From positions 228,715-292,714 of the forward strand of contig JACIXC010000001.1 in assembly GCA_014360655.1 (NCBI GenBank): a stretch of DNA of 64,000 bases, read 5' to 3'. This stretch comes from Actinomycetota bacterium. GTDB lineage: Bacteria; Actinomycetota; Geothermincolia; Geothermincolales; RBG-13-55-18. The notes under the pieces are model-generated. The model saw only the letters and a list, made by a program, of their open reading frames with translations. It had not been told where the DNA came from and did not search any database. The position numbers were made by a program, and so were the translations under genes. Numbering within the stretch: the stretch's first letter is position 1; every line of letters begins with the position of its first letter. Below, piece by piece: positions 8,083 through 17,625 of the stretch.

Positions 8083-10503
8083 CTAGAGGAAGCCGCGCTG
8101 CCGGAAGAGGGCGACCGCCTTGCGCGCTTCGTTTCGTAATATGGGGTCGGGGTCGTCGAGGTAACCGCGCACGAGCTCCGCCGCCTCCGGCCCCCCTATC
8201 TGCCCCAGGGCATAGCAGGCCGCGGCCTTCACCCGTGGATGGGCGGCATGCCTGCGGAGGCTGAAGACCTTCTTGCGCAACAGGTCCATGAGCGGCGCCA
8301 CCGCGCTCTGCGGCCCCAGCCTGGCGAGCGCCAGGCACGCCGCTTCCTCCACACGGGGATGTTCCTCGCCCACGGGCGCCTTGCCCTGCACTATGCCCAG
8401 GAGCGCCTCCACGGAACGGGGGTCGTCGATGGTGCCCAGGCCCCTCACCCCCTCCCGCCGCACGTCCGCCTCCTGGTCGCGCAGGGCGCGCAGGAAATGC
8501 GGCAGCAGCGTCGGGTCCCCCGGCGACATCCTGGCCAGCGTGCGCATGGCGTGTGCCCTCACCCCCGGGATGGGATTGTTTTCCACCGACTTGACCACCT
8601 CCAACGCCGCGTTCCCCCCCATCATCCCCAGCAGGTCCAGGATACGGACGTAAACCTCCTCCCGCAGGTTGGCCTCCAGGGACTCGCGCAGGGCGGCCAG
8701 CATGGGCTCCCCCAGCGAACGCGCGACCTCTGCCAGCTGCGGCGTGACCCTGACCGCCTCCTCTCCCTTGAGGCGGTCCACTATGTCCACGACGGTCAGC
8801 GACTGCTCCAGGAAGGGCAGCACCCTGCCCGCAAGCGAGGCGAGCTCTTCGTCGTCTCCGAAGACGTGTTCGGCGAGCGGCCTCCCCACGTCCCACGCGT
8901 TGAGCGAGGAGAGCGCGGCCGATGCCGCGCGGGCATCCTGCTCGTCGGGCCCCGTGGCCAGCGCGAGCAGGGCTTCGCAGACGTCCCGGAAATCGCCCGT
9001 TCTCCCCTCCAGGAAAAGGTCGCCCGCCAGGCATGCGAGGAGGGACAGCAACCCCGCCTTCACCTCGCCGTTCCCCTCCCTTTTCAGCAACGCAAGCACA
9101 TGGGGGGCCCTGTCCGCTATCTCCGCACGGCGCCCCCTTTTCCTGAAGTCCTGGTGCATCTCCTGCAGGAAACGGCATGCACGGAGGCGAAACTCCGGGC
9201 GGTCGCTTTCGAGGTTGCGGGTGGTGGCGGCGATGATGCGCGCCGCTATCTCCTCCTCGCCCATGTCCAGCAACTTCCCCGCCACCTGGATGACCGCTTC
9301 GTCGTCCAGGCCCTCCAGGACGCGCAGCGAGCCGGAAGCGCGTATGTCGCATATGAGGGCATAGGTCTCCATGTCCTTGCCGGCCTGGGGATGGGTGGCG
9401 GCCAGCCGCGCGAGCAGCCCGGACGCGCGCAGTCTGCCGGTTATCTCCGCGTGGTACGAGGGGTCGGCCTCCATGTAGATGTCGGCGATGATCTCGTTCA
9501 ACACGGCCGCGATATCCCGGAAGTCGCCGGGGTCCATGTCCTCCCTCTCGTCCAGGAGACGGAGGTATTTCTCCACCACCTGGTCGGTCAGCTTGAGCAC
9601 GTTCTCTCCCTCCACCGAGGAGATGATCTCCCGCCTCGTCTGCGGGTCTTTCACCGCCTGCGGCGCCTGCTCGCTGAGCACCTCGACGAGGGTCTCGGGT
9701 TCCAGGGCCGCGAGTATCTCCACCATCTCCTCGTTGAGGTTCCTCTTGAGCTCCTCGTCGGCCAGCTTTTCCACCAGCCCGTACATGCGGTTCACGGTAT
9801 CCCTTATCAGTCGCGCCTTCTCCGGCCCCACCGCGCCCCCCGCGCTCTCGTAACCCATCATCACCGCCTGGAAGGCCGCGTTCACCTTGCGTGGGTCGGA
9901 AAGCAGCTCCGCCACTTCCTCCTGCGGAACCTCCACCGCGGGCACGTTCCCCACCAGGAAACGCACGAACACCTCGTCCCGCAGGAGATCCACGGCCTGG
10001 GCGGCCGGGGAAGCGGACGTCGCGGAGATCTCCTGGTCCTTGCTCAGGGAGACGTAGATCTTCTCGTCCACCTTGACGTGCGTTATCCCCGCCTCGAGCA
10101 GCAACGCTCCCAGGCCCGCCCCCGGGGTACGCTCCGACCTCCTGCGCCCGAATATCTCGAGGAAATCGCGCAGCTCCTCGCCGCTAAGCCCTTCCTCGAA
10201 GGTGATGCTCCTCACCTCCCACATGCCCAGGTCCCTGAGGAAGGCCGCGGTGTTGGGACGCGCCTGGTCCTTTTCCTCGAGGCAGAAATCGTTGATCAGC
10301 AGTTTTCCTTCCAACTCGCAGAAGGTGATGTTTCCCAGATCGCGCAGGATCGTTTCCATTTCCTCCCGTGCCCTCTTTACCGAGTCCTGTACTATCTCAG
10401 AGGTGGGTGGATAAAGATGGTAATTGACCATGGCCGCGTGCAGGGAGCCGAGAACGGCCATGGAGCGAGCGGCGAAATCCTGCGCGCTGGAATCGTCCAT
10501 CAT
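8083..10503 (-). CDS. Large HEAT-repeat protein (PBS-lyase HEAT-like repeats in C-terminal third)
   Basis: 806 aa. The C-terminal region has repeated helical units with the VRxxAxxALGxIG / DPxVRxxA pattern (VRAHAMRTLARM, VRREGVRGLGTIDDPRSVEALL, VKAAACYALGQIGGPEAAELV). Its codon usage is better than that of the antisense 781-aa ORF. Confidence 0.7.
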   Translation of the reverse strand: MMDDSSAQDFAARSMAVLGSLHAAMVNYHLYPPTSEIVQDSVKRAREEMETILRDLGNITFCELEGKLLINDFCLEEKDQARPNTAAFLRDLGMWEVRSITFEEGLSGEELRDFLEIFGRRRSERTPGAGLGALLLEAGITHVKVDEKIYVSLSKDQEISATSASPAAQAVDLLRDEVFVRFLVGNVPAVEVPQEEVAELLSDPRKVNAAFQAVMMGYESAGGAVGPEKARLIRDTVNRMYGLVEKLADEELKRNLNEEMVEILAALEPETLVEVLSEQAPQAVKDPQTRREIISSVEGENVLKLTDQVVEKYLRLLDEREDMDPGDFRDIAAVLNEIIADIYMEADPSYHAEITGRLRASGLLARLAATHPQAGKDMETYALICDIRASGSLRVLEGLDDEAVIQVAGKLLDMGEEEIAARIIAATTRNLESDRPEFRLRACRFLQEMHQDFRKRGRRAEIADRAPHVLALLKREGNGEVKAGLLSLLACLAGDLFLEGRTGDFRDVCEALLALATGPDEQDARAASAALSSLNAWDVGRPLAEHVFGDDEELASLAGRVLPFLEQSLTVVDIVDRLKGEEAVRVTPQLAEVARSLGEPMLAALRESLEANLREEVYVRILDLLGMMGGNAALEVVKSVENNPIPGVRAHAMRTLARMSPGDPTLLPHFLRALRDQEADVRREGVRGLGTIDDPRSVEALLGIVQGKAPVGEEHPRVEEAACLALARLGPQSAVAPLMDLLRKKVFSLRRHAAHPRVKAAACYALGQIGGPEAAELVRGYLDDPDPILRNEARKAVALFRQRGFL

Positions 10504-10732
10504 CGCCCCCGCTTTCCGCCTTCCTGGTTACCGTTAATGCCTTACACCCGCCGCTCTTTCCCGCTTCCTTCCATTTTTCTATAAGCTATATCGGTATCCC
10601 TTCGCCCCCCATTTACGGAAGGCGCCCCGCGAGGGAAGGGTCTCGCCGCGGCGGGCCTCGTCGCGATATAACGGCTTCACCGCTCCGGCCCTTTGGAGTG
10701 GTCGTGGAATCCCGCTGCCCGAGGCGGCCGTT

Positions 10733-11998
10733 TCACGCTCTCGCGTCGCACCCAGCACCTCCACGCGGCGCAACGGAGAGAACCAGCATGGCGACCAGGG
10801 CGAGCCCTGCGCCGACAAGGAAAGCGGGCCGTGCACCCACCGTGTCCCACAGCAGCCCCATGAGCAGCGAGGCCGGGAGCACGGTCACGCTGATCACGAA
10901 GTTGAAGATCCCGTACGCGCTTCCCCTCTGCCGGGTAGGCACCACGTCGGCCACGTATGCCTTGAGGACGCCCTCCGTCAGGTAGTAGAACCCGTAGACC
11001 ACGAAAAGGAGCCATATCCAGCCCGCCCCGGTAAGGAAGGCGAAGCCGCAGTAGGCCAGCACGTAGATGGACCAGCCTGCCACGATCACCCTCTTCCTTC
11101 CCAGGCGGTCGGAGAGGCGGCCGCCGGGTATGGACACGGTGGCCTTGACCACGTGCAGGACCCCCCACAACGCCGGCAGCAGGGCCAGGGGAAAACCGCC
11201 TGCCCGGCGCGCACGCAGCAGGAGAAAGGCGTCGCTCGAGTTTCCCAGGGTGAAGAGGAAGACGGCGGCGAGCAGCCATTTGAACCGCCGGTCGAAGGGC
11301 CTGAGGCTCAACCGCAGGGGAGCCGCCGGTTGCTCTCCCGCGGTCTCCTTTACAAGCTCTCCCGCGGCCTGCCCGTCCGCGCACGCAGGGCTTTCCGCCT
11401 CCCGCACCTGCCAGGCGAGGAGGAGGATGCCCAGGAAGACGGGCAGCATGGCCAGGGCGAAGATGGTGCGATACCCGAGGGAAAAGGCGGTGACGAGGAG
11501 GGAGGCCGCGGCCGCTCCCAGCAGCGCTCCGCTGTGATCCATGGAACGGTGGTAACCGAAGGCCCGCCCCCGCGCCGCCGGATCGCAGGAATCGGCGATG
11601 AGGGCATCGCGCGGAGCGGTCCGCAGCCCCTTGCCCACCCGGTTGCAGAACCAGCCGATGAGCGCCTGCCAGGGCGCGGCGGCCAGGGCCAGCGAACCGC
11701 GGGAGAGCGCAGAAAAAGCGTATCCCCCCGTCACCAGCCCCTTGCGCCGCCTCAAGCGGTCGGACCACCAGCCGGAGAAGAGGTTGAGCAGGCTGGCCAC
11801 GGAATCGGCTAGGCCCTCGACCAGCCCCAGGAACCAGGCCCCCGCGCCGAGGAACTCCGTGAGGAAAGTGGGAAAGAGAGGGTATACCATCTCGCTGGAG
11901 AGGTCGTTACAGAAACTCACCAGGCCGAGGATGAAGACGTTGCGCGAGAACCCCGCGATGTCGCCTCCACTCTCACCGCCACCCGCGCCTCTTCTCAT
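10733..11998 (-). CDS. MFS transporter
   Basis: 421 aa with about 12 predicted TM segments. MFS motif A-like GWWSDRLRRRKG lies after TM2. Its start overlaps the padR stop by 4 nt. Confidence 0.8.
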   Translation of the reverse strand: MRRGAGGGESGGDIAGFSRNVFILGLVSFCNDLSSEMVYPLFPTFLTEFLGAGAWFLGLVEGLADSVASLLNLFSGWWSDRLRRRKGLVTGGYAFSALSRGSLALAAAPWQALIGWFCNRVGKGLRTAPRDALIADSCDPAARGRAFGYHRSMDHSGALLGAAAASLLVTAFSLGYRTIFALAMLPVFLGILLLAWQVREAESPACADGQAAGELVKETAGEQPAAPLRLSLRPFDRRFKWLLAAVFLFTLGNSSDAFLLLRARRAGGFPLALLPALWGVLHVVKATVSIPGGRLSDRLGRKRVIVAGWSIYVLAYCGFAFLTGAGWIWLLFVVYGFYYLTEGVLKAYVADVVPTRQRGSAYGIFNFVISVTVLPASLLMGLLWDTVGARPAFLVGAGLALVAMLVLSVAPRGGAGCDARA

Positions 11999-12309
11999 GC
12001 TTCCCGGTCCTCCATGATCTCCCGCACCAGCTCAAGGGCCTGGACCCTGGCCTTCTCCAGCGCTTTTCTTCCCTTCGCCGTAGCCGTGTAATACACGCGG
12101 CGACGACCCCCCTCCACCCCGCTCCAGCTCTTCAGGTAACCATCCCTTTCCAGCTTCCGCAGGGTTGGGTAAAGGGTGCCCGGGCTGATCGAATAACCGT
12201 GCCGGGCAAGCTCGCTTGACATCCCCACTCCGCTGATGCTTCCTCTTGCGGCGTGGTGGAGTATGTGCACCTTCACGAAACCCAGGAACAGATCTCGGTA
12301 CATTTTCAT
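11995..12309 (-). CDS. PadR-family transcriptional regulator
   Basis: 104 aa. wHTH with the PadR signature GYSISPGTLYPTLRKLERDGYL...RRVYYTAT. It is translationally coupled to the downstream MFS gene. Confidence 0.85.
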   Translation of the reverse strand: MKMYRDLFLGFVKVHILHHAARGSISGVGMSSELARHGYSISPGTLYPTLRKLERDGYLKSWSGVEGGRRRVYYTATAKGRKALEKARVQALELVREIMEDREA

Positions 12310-12312
12310 ATC

Positions 12313-12329
12313 ATATCTGAATTCGATAT
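12313..12329. promoter_or_regulatory. Near-perfect inverted repeat ATATCTGAATTCGATAT immediately upstream of padR (candidate PadR operator)
   Basis: 17-bp palindrome with one mismatch, 4 bp upstream of the padR start codon. Confidence 0.35.
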
Positions 12330-12494
12330 CGTGTTCCGATATTAACTCTTGGCCCGATCATCGTCAAGCAACCAGTGTGCACTGAACGTCCACGCTGAGA
12401 AGCGGACGAGCGGCGCACTGCAGGCCAAGACCAAGGATAAACGGGAGCCGCACGCTCGTGCGCGGAAGCTCCTCTCGTGAGGGGAAGGCCGCCC

Positions 12495-13763
12495 TTACGC
12501 TTCGCTTTCCACTTCCCCTTCCCCACCTTCCGCACGGGCACCGAAGGGATCGGGAAAGTCGCTGAAGGTCGACTCGCAGGGGTGGCCGTAGGTGACCAGG
12601 AGCCTGCGGCTGCGCGGCAGCATGATCAGGGAGCAGGTGGTGGCGAAATAAGGCCCGTGCCGGCATATGGTGTTGTCGTCCCCGCGCCCGCTCTCGCCGT
12701 GATCGCTGAAAACACTCCACAGGTCCTTGATGGTCACGGTCTCCAGGGCCGAGAGCAGCTGTACCGCCCTCGCGTAACGCAATTCGCTCGATTCGTGCAC
12801 GCGCACCCCCCTGAGGGCCTGCACGTTGCGGCTGGTGTAGTAGGCGTTGCGCGGCACGTCGTAAGAGATCATCTCCCGGCAGCGGTAGTGGTTGGTGGCC
12901 ACCAGGATGCCCTCCTCCGCCTCGCGCACCCCGCAGAAGTTGGGGGAAAGTTCCACTGCCAGCGTCTTCCCCGTTGCGTCTGCCAGCAGGATCAGGGCGC
13001 CTCCCGACCTCCTCCGCGAGCAGAGCAGTTCCGCCGCCTCCTCCACGTTGGCACAGGTTTCCAGGGCCTCCTGGACCAGCACGGAGACGGGGACGTTGAC
13101 GCTGGGTATATCCGTGCCGTACCCGTGGTTGTAGGAAACGCACAGGCCGTGCTCGTTCATGCCGTCATGGCATCCCGCCATGGTCGCCATGGTCACGTCT
13201 ATGGTGGAATAAGTCTCCGCGGAGCGGCATAGGCGGGTCATGAAATAAGGTTGAAAGGCCGCCGGGTAATCGTAATTCTTGATCACCAGCACCTCGCGCA
13301 ACGCGCTCCTCTCCTCTCCCACCGCCGCCGCGGTGCATGCTCCTATGCGGTAATCGATGCCGGCCATGACGGTCTCCGCCGCCAGGGGCACGTAGAGCAT
13401 GACCTCGTCGATGCCCGATCCCTTGCTTATGCCTTCCATGCGCATCTTCTGCCGGGGGCAGTGATCCGCGAGGTCCCTCTCCATCTCGCGCGCCGCCCTG
13501 TGCGCCCGTATCGAGAGGTAGAGGCGTGCGGGCAGAAGCGCGGGTTTGCCCCGGTTGAAAAACTCGTTCCTGGTAATATTTGCAAAGTAATGGCGGACGG
13601 CCTCCCTCATCTGAAGGCCCTGCTGGTATCCCATCTCGTAATGGTTGCCCTGGAGGTCGAAAAGGCGGACCTGCCTCCGCCCCGGCGCGTCTCCCTCTCC
13701 GTAGGTGCTTCCCAGCTCCAAGGTATCGGGCATACTCACCTCACAAGACACCGTTCCGGGCAC
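12495..13763 (-). CDS. Peptidase C45 family acyl-CoA:6-APA acyltransferase-like autoproteolytic hydrolase
   Basis: 422 aa. Has the Gly-Cys autoproteolysis/nucleophile site in GACTAAAV and the overall C45 length and pattern. Confidence 0.65.
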   Translation of the reverse strand: MPGTVSCEVSMPDTLELGSTYGEGDAPGRRQVRLFDLQGNHYEMGYQQGLQMREAVRHYFANITRNEFFNRGKPALLPARLYLSIRAHRAAREMERDLADHCPRQKMRMEGISKGSGIDEVMLYVPLAAETVMAGIDYRIGACTAAAVGEERSALREVLVIKNYDYPAAFQPYFMTRLCRSAETYSTIDVTMATMAGCHDGMNEHGLCVSYNHGYGTDIPSVNVPVSVLVQEALETCANVEEAAELLCSRRRSGGALILLADATGKTLAVELSPNFCGVREAEEGILVATNHYRCREMISYDVPRNAYYTSRNVQALRGVRVHESSELRYARAVQLLSALETVTIKDLWSVFSDHGESGRGDDNTICRHGPYFATTCSLIMLPRSRRLLVTYGHPCESTFSDFPDPFGARAEGGEGEVESEA

Positions 13764-13962
13764 CGAGAATATATTAGCTCATAAACCCGGTGTACACGAT
13801 ATTTCTTGAATTCCTTGTTCCCGTGTTCCGCTCACCGGCGCCGAGACCTTACAATATGCATGAGGTGACCCGGGAATGCGCAGTGCCGCATGTAACCGCT
13901 CGCGGCGACGCGCGCCGCGCGCGCACCGTCTGCGGCAGGTCCGCAGGGAGGTGGCGAGGACC

Positions 13963-14907
13963 GTGGAACACGATCTGAGAGAGTCGAGGTTCACGGGATG
14001 CCTGCTGGGATCGGCGGTGGGCGACGCCCTGGGCATGCCCCTGGAAGGTATGCGCGCCACCTCCATCCGGGACCGCGTGGGGAGGGTGCGCGATTTCCTG
14101 GACGCGCCCTGGAGGATGTTGAAGGCCGGGCAGTGGACGGACGACACCAAGATGATGCTCTGCCATGCCCGCAGCATCGTGAGAAAGGGCCGCGTGGACG
14201 CGCCGGACACGGCACGCGAGTTCCTCGCCTGGTTCAAGTCGGGTGACTGGCGGGGCATCGGGGGCTCCACTTACGAGGCCATGCAACGCCTGCTGGCCGG
14301 CGTCCCGCCCGAGGAAAGCGGGGCGAGCGGCGAGATGGCGGCGGGCAACGGCGTGGCCATGCGTATCGCGCCGGTGGGCCTCGCGGATTGCCTCGACCTC
14401 GAGCGGCTGCGCGAGGACGCCCGCGCCGTAGCCGTCATCACCCACAATAACCCGGAGGCGGTGGCGGGGGGCCAGGCCGTGGCCTTCGCGGTGGCCCGCG
14501 CGGCCCGCGGGGACCTGGACCCCGCCACCCTCCTGGAGGAAACCGTACGCTTCATCGGCCCCTGCGCCCTCGCCGAGCGCCTGCGCCTCGCCGGCAGGTT
14601 CCTCACCGAGGAGATGGGGCCGGAGGAGGCGCTGGCCCGGCTGGGAACCAGCGGCTACGTGGTGGAGACGGTGGCCAGCGCCTTCTTCTGCTTCCTGCGC
14701 TCGCCCCGGGATTTCGAGGAGACCGTTTCCCGCGCCGTGGAGGGCGGCCTGGATACGGACACCACCGGCGCGGTGGCGGGGGCGATAAGCGGTGCCTTCA
14801 ACGGCCTGGAGGGCATACCAGGGAGGTGGCGCGAGGGCGTGGAGGCGGCCGCGGAGATAACGGCACTGGCGAGGAAGATCTTCTCCCTCGTGACATCGGA
14901 ACGTTAG
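13963..14907 (+). CDS. ADP-ribosylglycohydrolase family protein (start uncertain)
   Basis: LLGSAVGDALGMPLEG and later GDWRGIGGSTYEA / TGAVAGAISGAFNG are ARH/DraG-family motifs. A GTG at 13963 is preceded by a GGGAGGTGG SD. The ORF extends to 13876. Confidence 0.75.
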   Translation: MEHDLRESRFTGCLLGSAVGDALGMPLEGMRATSIRDRVGRVRDFLDAPWRMLKAGQWTDDTKMMLCHARSIVRKGRVDAPDTAREFLAWFKSGDWRGIGGSTYEAMQRLLAGVPPEESGASGEMAAGNGVAMRIAPVGLADCLDLERLREDARAVAVITHNNPEAVAGGQAVAFAVARAARGDLDPATLLEETVRFIGPCALAERLRLAGRFLTEEMGPEEALARLGTSGYVVETVASAFFCFLRSPRDFEETVSRAVEGGLDTDTTGAVAGAISGAFNGLEGIPGRWREGVEAAAEITALARKIFSLVTSER

Positions 14908-15259
14908 CCCACGCCGCCCACCAGAAATCAAGTCATCGGAAATCCGGTTCAACAGACTTCATTTTCAAGCTCCCTGGCGACATCGCAGTATCGGCCCATA
15001 CCGGCCACGGGCGGAAAACCCCGCGGTCGCCCGCCGCGTCGGGGATGCCGGCCGCCCGCCGCGTGCACGAACATCCGCGCCGCCGCCTCGAAAGCCTGCG
15101 GCCTCGCGAAAACGGCCGGCTCCCGGCAAACGCGCCCCGGCACCGGGGCGAAAGCCGGTTTAAAAAATCCCGCGCCGGAGATAATGATCAATAAGTCCGT
15201 CATTATGGGATGATCGGTCAATGCGTGGCGTGCGAGGAGCGCGAAAGGGGGGAGGGAAG

Positions 15260-15400
15260 ATGGAGAACCCGGAACTGGAATTCCTGCTCTACCTGCTGAA
15301 CCGCTACATCAGGAACAGCGACATAGACCCCGCGAAGCTGTCCGTGGCGGAACTGATGGAGAACATCAACGTCAACCTCACTCCCGTCGGCGGCGGCTAA
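15260..15400 (+). CDS. Small ORF, 46 aa (MENPELEFLLYLLNRYIRNSDIDPAKLSVAELMENINVNLTPVGGG), absent from the ORF track
   Basis: ATG preceded by a strong SD (GGGGAGGGAAG, 3-nt spacer). It sits in an otherwise gene-free 650-bp gap and is predicted amphipathic-helical. No family recognised. Confidence 0.35.
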   Translation: MENPELEFLLYLLNRYIRNSDIDPAKLSVAELMENINVNLTPVGGG

Positions 15401-15582
15401 CGGACAGCGGGGCGAGCCATTCGGCGGACGACCCGCCTCCCCGGGAAGCCGGAGCCGCCTCCCGGGGAGGCTTTGATCGCTTCACGGGCGGGATCGCGGT
15501 CCCGCAGTCGTGACGCGGCAAGGAGCGGGGGCCCGAAGGCGGGGCGGGAGCGGGCGCGACTGGCCACGCGCGGCCCTCGACT

Positions 15583-17376
15583 TCAGGAGGGGTTTTCCAG
15601 GAAATAGCGCCGCGGGTCGAAGATGCGCACGTCGTGCAGCTCTCCCAGGGTGGGCGGTTCCACGCGCCGCAGCTGCGGCGCGGCACGCATCTCCCAGCCG
15701 CAGTCGGCCTGGATGCGCCGCGCCGCCTCCCTGTCGTCGGGGCCCGCGTGGGGGAAATAAGCCGTGAGCACGAGCCGCTCCTCGCCGGGGAGCTTCTCGA
15801 ACACCCCCATGGTGGTGACCACGGTGCGCACCCTCTCGCCGGGAGCGGTGACGTAGGAGACCCTTTCCGGGGTACGCAACCTGTCCTGCGCCACGGTGAC
15901 CAGAACCTCTTCCGCTCCCAGCGCCACGTCGCAGGCGCCCCCCGAACCCACGAGGAAGAGCTTGAGCTCGGGTATCTTGGTGGAGTTCAGGTTGCCGCGG
16001 CTGTCCACCTGCCCCGCCCCCAGCGCCCCGATCGCCCGGCTGCTCTCCGCTCCCACCATCGATCCCAGCACGGTGAGTATGTCGGTGAGCATGGTGCAGG
16101 TGGGGATGTTGCGGAAGTTGAAGATGAAGGGGTCTCCCGGCCGCGGCGTGTACCCGTAGAAGCCCACCTCCGCCATGAGCTCCACCGGGTGGCCTTCCCG
16201 GCGCAGGTCATACCACGCTTTCCAGGCGGCCAGGTTGGAGGCGCCGATGCCGGCCAGTATGGTGCGGTATCCCCTCTCGAGCACCCGTTCCCGCAGGAGA
16301 CGGGCGGCCTCGATGACCATCATCTCCATCGGGCTGTACTCCTCCGTGGCGGGGATGGAGGGGGCCCGCGTCGCGAGCTCCGAGCGCCAGGAGTCGGAGG
16401 CCGACCGGCCCTTCAGGAACCATATCCTCTCGTAACCAAGTTTTTCCAGGTAGGCGTCGTGGTCCTCGACGCCCAGGAGCCATTCCTCCACCCAGGCGCG
16501 CAGGGAAGCGTCGTCCCGGCAGGCCTCTCGCAGCGCGAGCATGAACTCCTCGTCCTCGGCGTAGGCGTCGAACTCCGCGACGCCCAGGTTGCTCGCGCCC
16601 GAGGGATGCACCCCCATGGGAGCGGGGCAGACCGCGCGCACGAGGTAACCGGGTACCTTTACGAAGTGAGAATAGCGGCGCAAGAAGGAGGTGGGCACCA
16701 CCTTCTCCACCGTCACCAGCACTCCCTCCCGGGCGGCGAAGGCGGCGTGAGCGTTCTCGGCATAGGGCGGGGTCAACAGCACGTTTCCCGCGCGGTCGGC
16801 CGCCAGCGCGTGCAGCAGCGTCAGGTCCGGGCGCAGGGCGCGCAACATGCCGAGACGGCTGCCGTCCGGCATCTCCACCACCCTAAAATCATCGGCGTTC
16901 TCCTCCTCCATGGAGCTGCCCGCGAGGGAATGGGTGGGCATCCACTCGACCCCCAGCGCCCCCGCCAGCAGCCGCTGGGGCAGGGTGAGTACCGTCCAGT
17001 TCTCTATCTCCAGCCTGCCCTCCCGGTAGGCTTCCTGGTAGACGCGGTTGGGCCCGGGAAAGGGGTAGGAGTCACCGCAGAAGGCGGTGATGAGCCGGCG
17101 CGCCAGCCCCCCCTGCACGAAGAGGACCATGTTGGCGATGAAGCCGAGGGAGGAAACGGTGAAACGCGGATCCCGGCCCCAGAAACGGCGGCATATCTCG
17201 TAGACCGCCGCATTGGGGCGCATGTAGGCGTGCCCCACGTGCAGGTGCATGCCTGGACGCACGAATCGCGAAACCGCCTCCCGCAGGTCCATCACCTTGT
17301 CGGTGGAGGGTTCCCGCTCCGCCAGCTCGACCTTCTCCTCGACCCTGCGCGCGAACACGCCGAACATCGCCGTCAC
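15583..17376 (-). CDS. CoA-transferase, fused subunit A/B (glutaconate/3-oxoacid CoA-transferase family)
   Basis: 597 aa. The N-terminal half resembles the A subunit and the C-terminal half resembles the B subunit (LFLVGSGGACDVALGAEE...). The antisense 665-aa ORF is H/R/G-rich shadow sequence. Confidence 0.75.
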   Translation of the reverse strand: MTAMFGVFARRVEEKVELAEREPSTDKVMDLREAVSRFVRPGMHLHVGHAYMRPNAAVYEICRRFWGRDPRFTVSSLGFIANMVLFVQGGLARRLITAFCGDSYPFPGPNRVYQEAYREGRLEIENWTVLTLPQRLLAGALGVEWMPTHSLAGSSMEEENADDFRVVEMPDGSRLGMLRALRPDLTLLHALAADRAGNVLLTPPYAENAHAAFAAREGVLVTVEKVVPTSFLRRYSHFVKVPGYLVRAVCPAPMGVHPSGASNLGVAEFDAYAEDEEFMLALREACRDDASLRAWVEEWLLGVEDHDAYLEKLGYERIWFLKGRSASDSWRSELATRAPSIPATEEYSPMEMMVIEAARLLRERVLERGYRTILAGIGASNLAAWKAWYDLRREGHPVELMAEVGFYGYTPRPGDPFIFNFRNIPTCTMLTDILTVLGSMVGAESSRAIGALGAGQVDSRGNLNSTKIPELKLFLVGSGGACDVALGAEEVLVTVAQDRLRTPERVSYVTAPGERVRTVVTTMGVFEKLPGEERLVLTAYFPHAGPDDREAARRIQADCGWEMRAAPQLRRVEPPTLGELHDVRIFDPRRYFLENPS

Positions 17377-17625
17377 CCCTGTCTTTCCTGCCTGCCGGGA
17401 CGGGATTTCTGCTATACTATAACACGCCCCGCGGCGGTCAAGGACGAGCTACCGGACGGCCACATGCAGGGGCAGATGCGCGCGAAAGCGGCTCGAGCGG
17501 CGGCTGCCAGGCCGCCCGGCCGCTTCCTGCACGGCGGCGACCCGCCGCGAGGCCGTGCACGGGCGGACGAGCCGCCGCGCGAGGGAGAGGCGAGGGACGG
17601 AGAGGAACGAAGGAGTGAGGACTTT

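Noticed and set aside
8239-10584. 781-aa plus-strand ORF antisense to the HEAT-repeat gene
   Set aside because: Arg/His/Gln/Pro-rich composition with no domain features, typical of a high-GC shadow frame. The minus-strand ORF has recognisable HEAT repeats.
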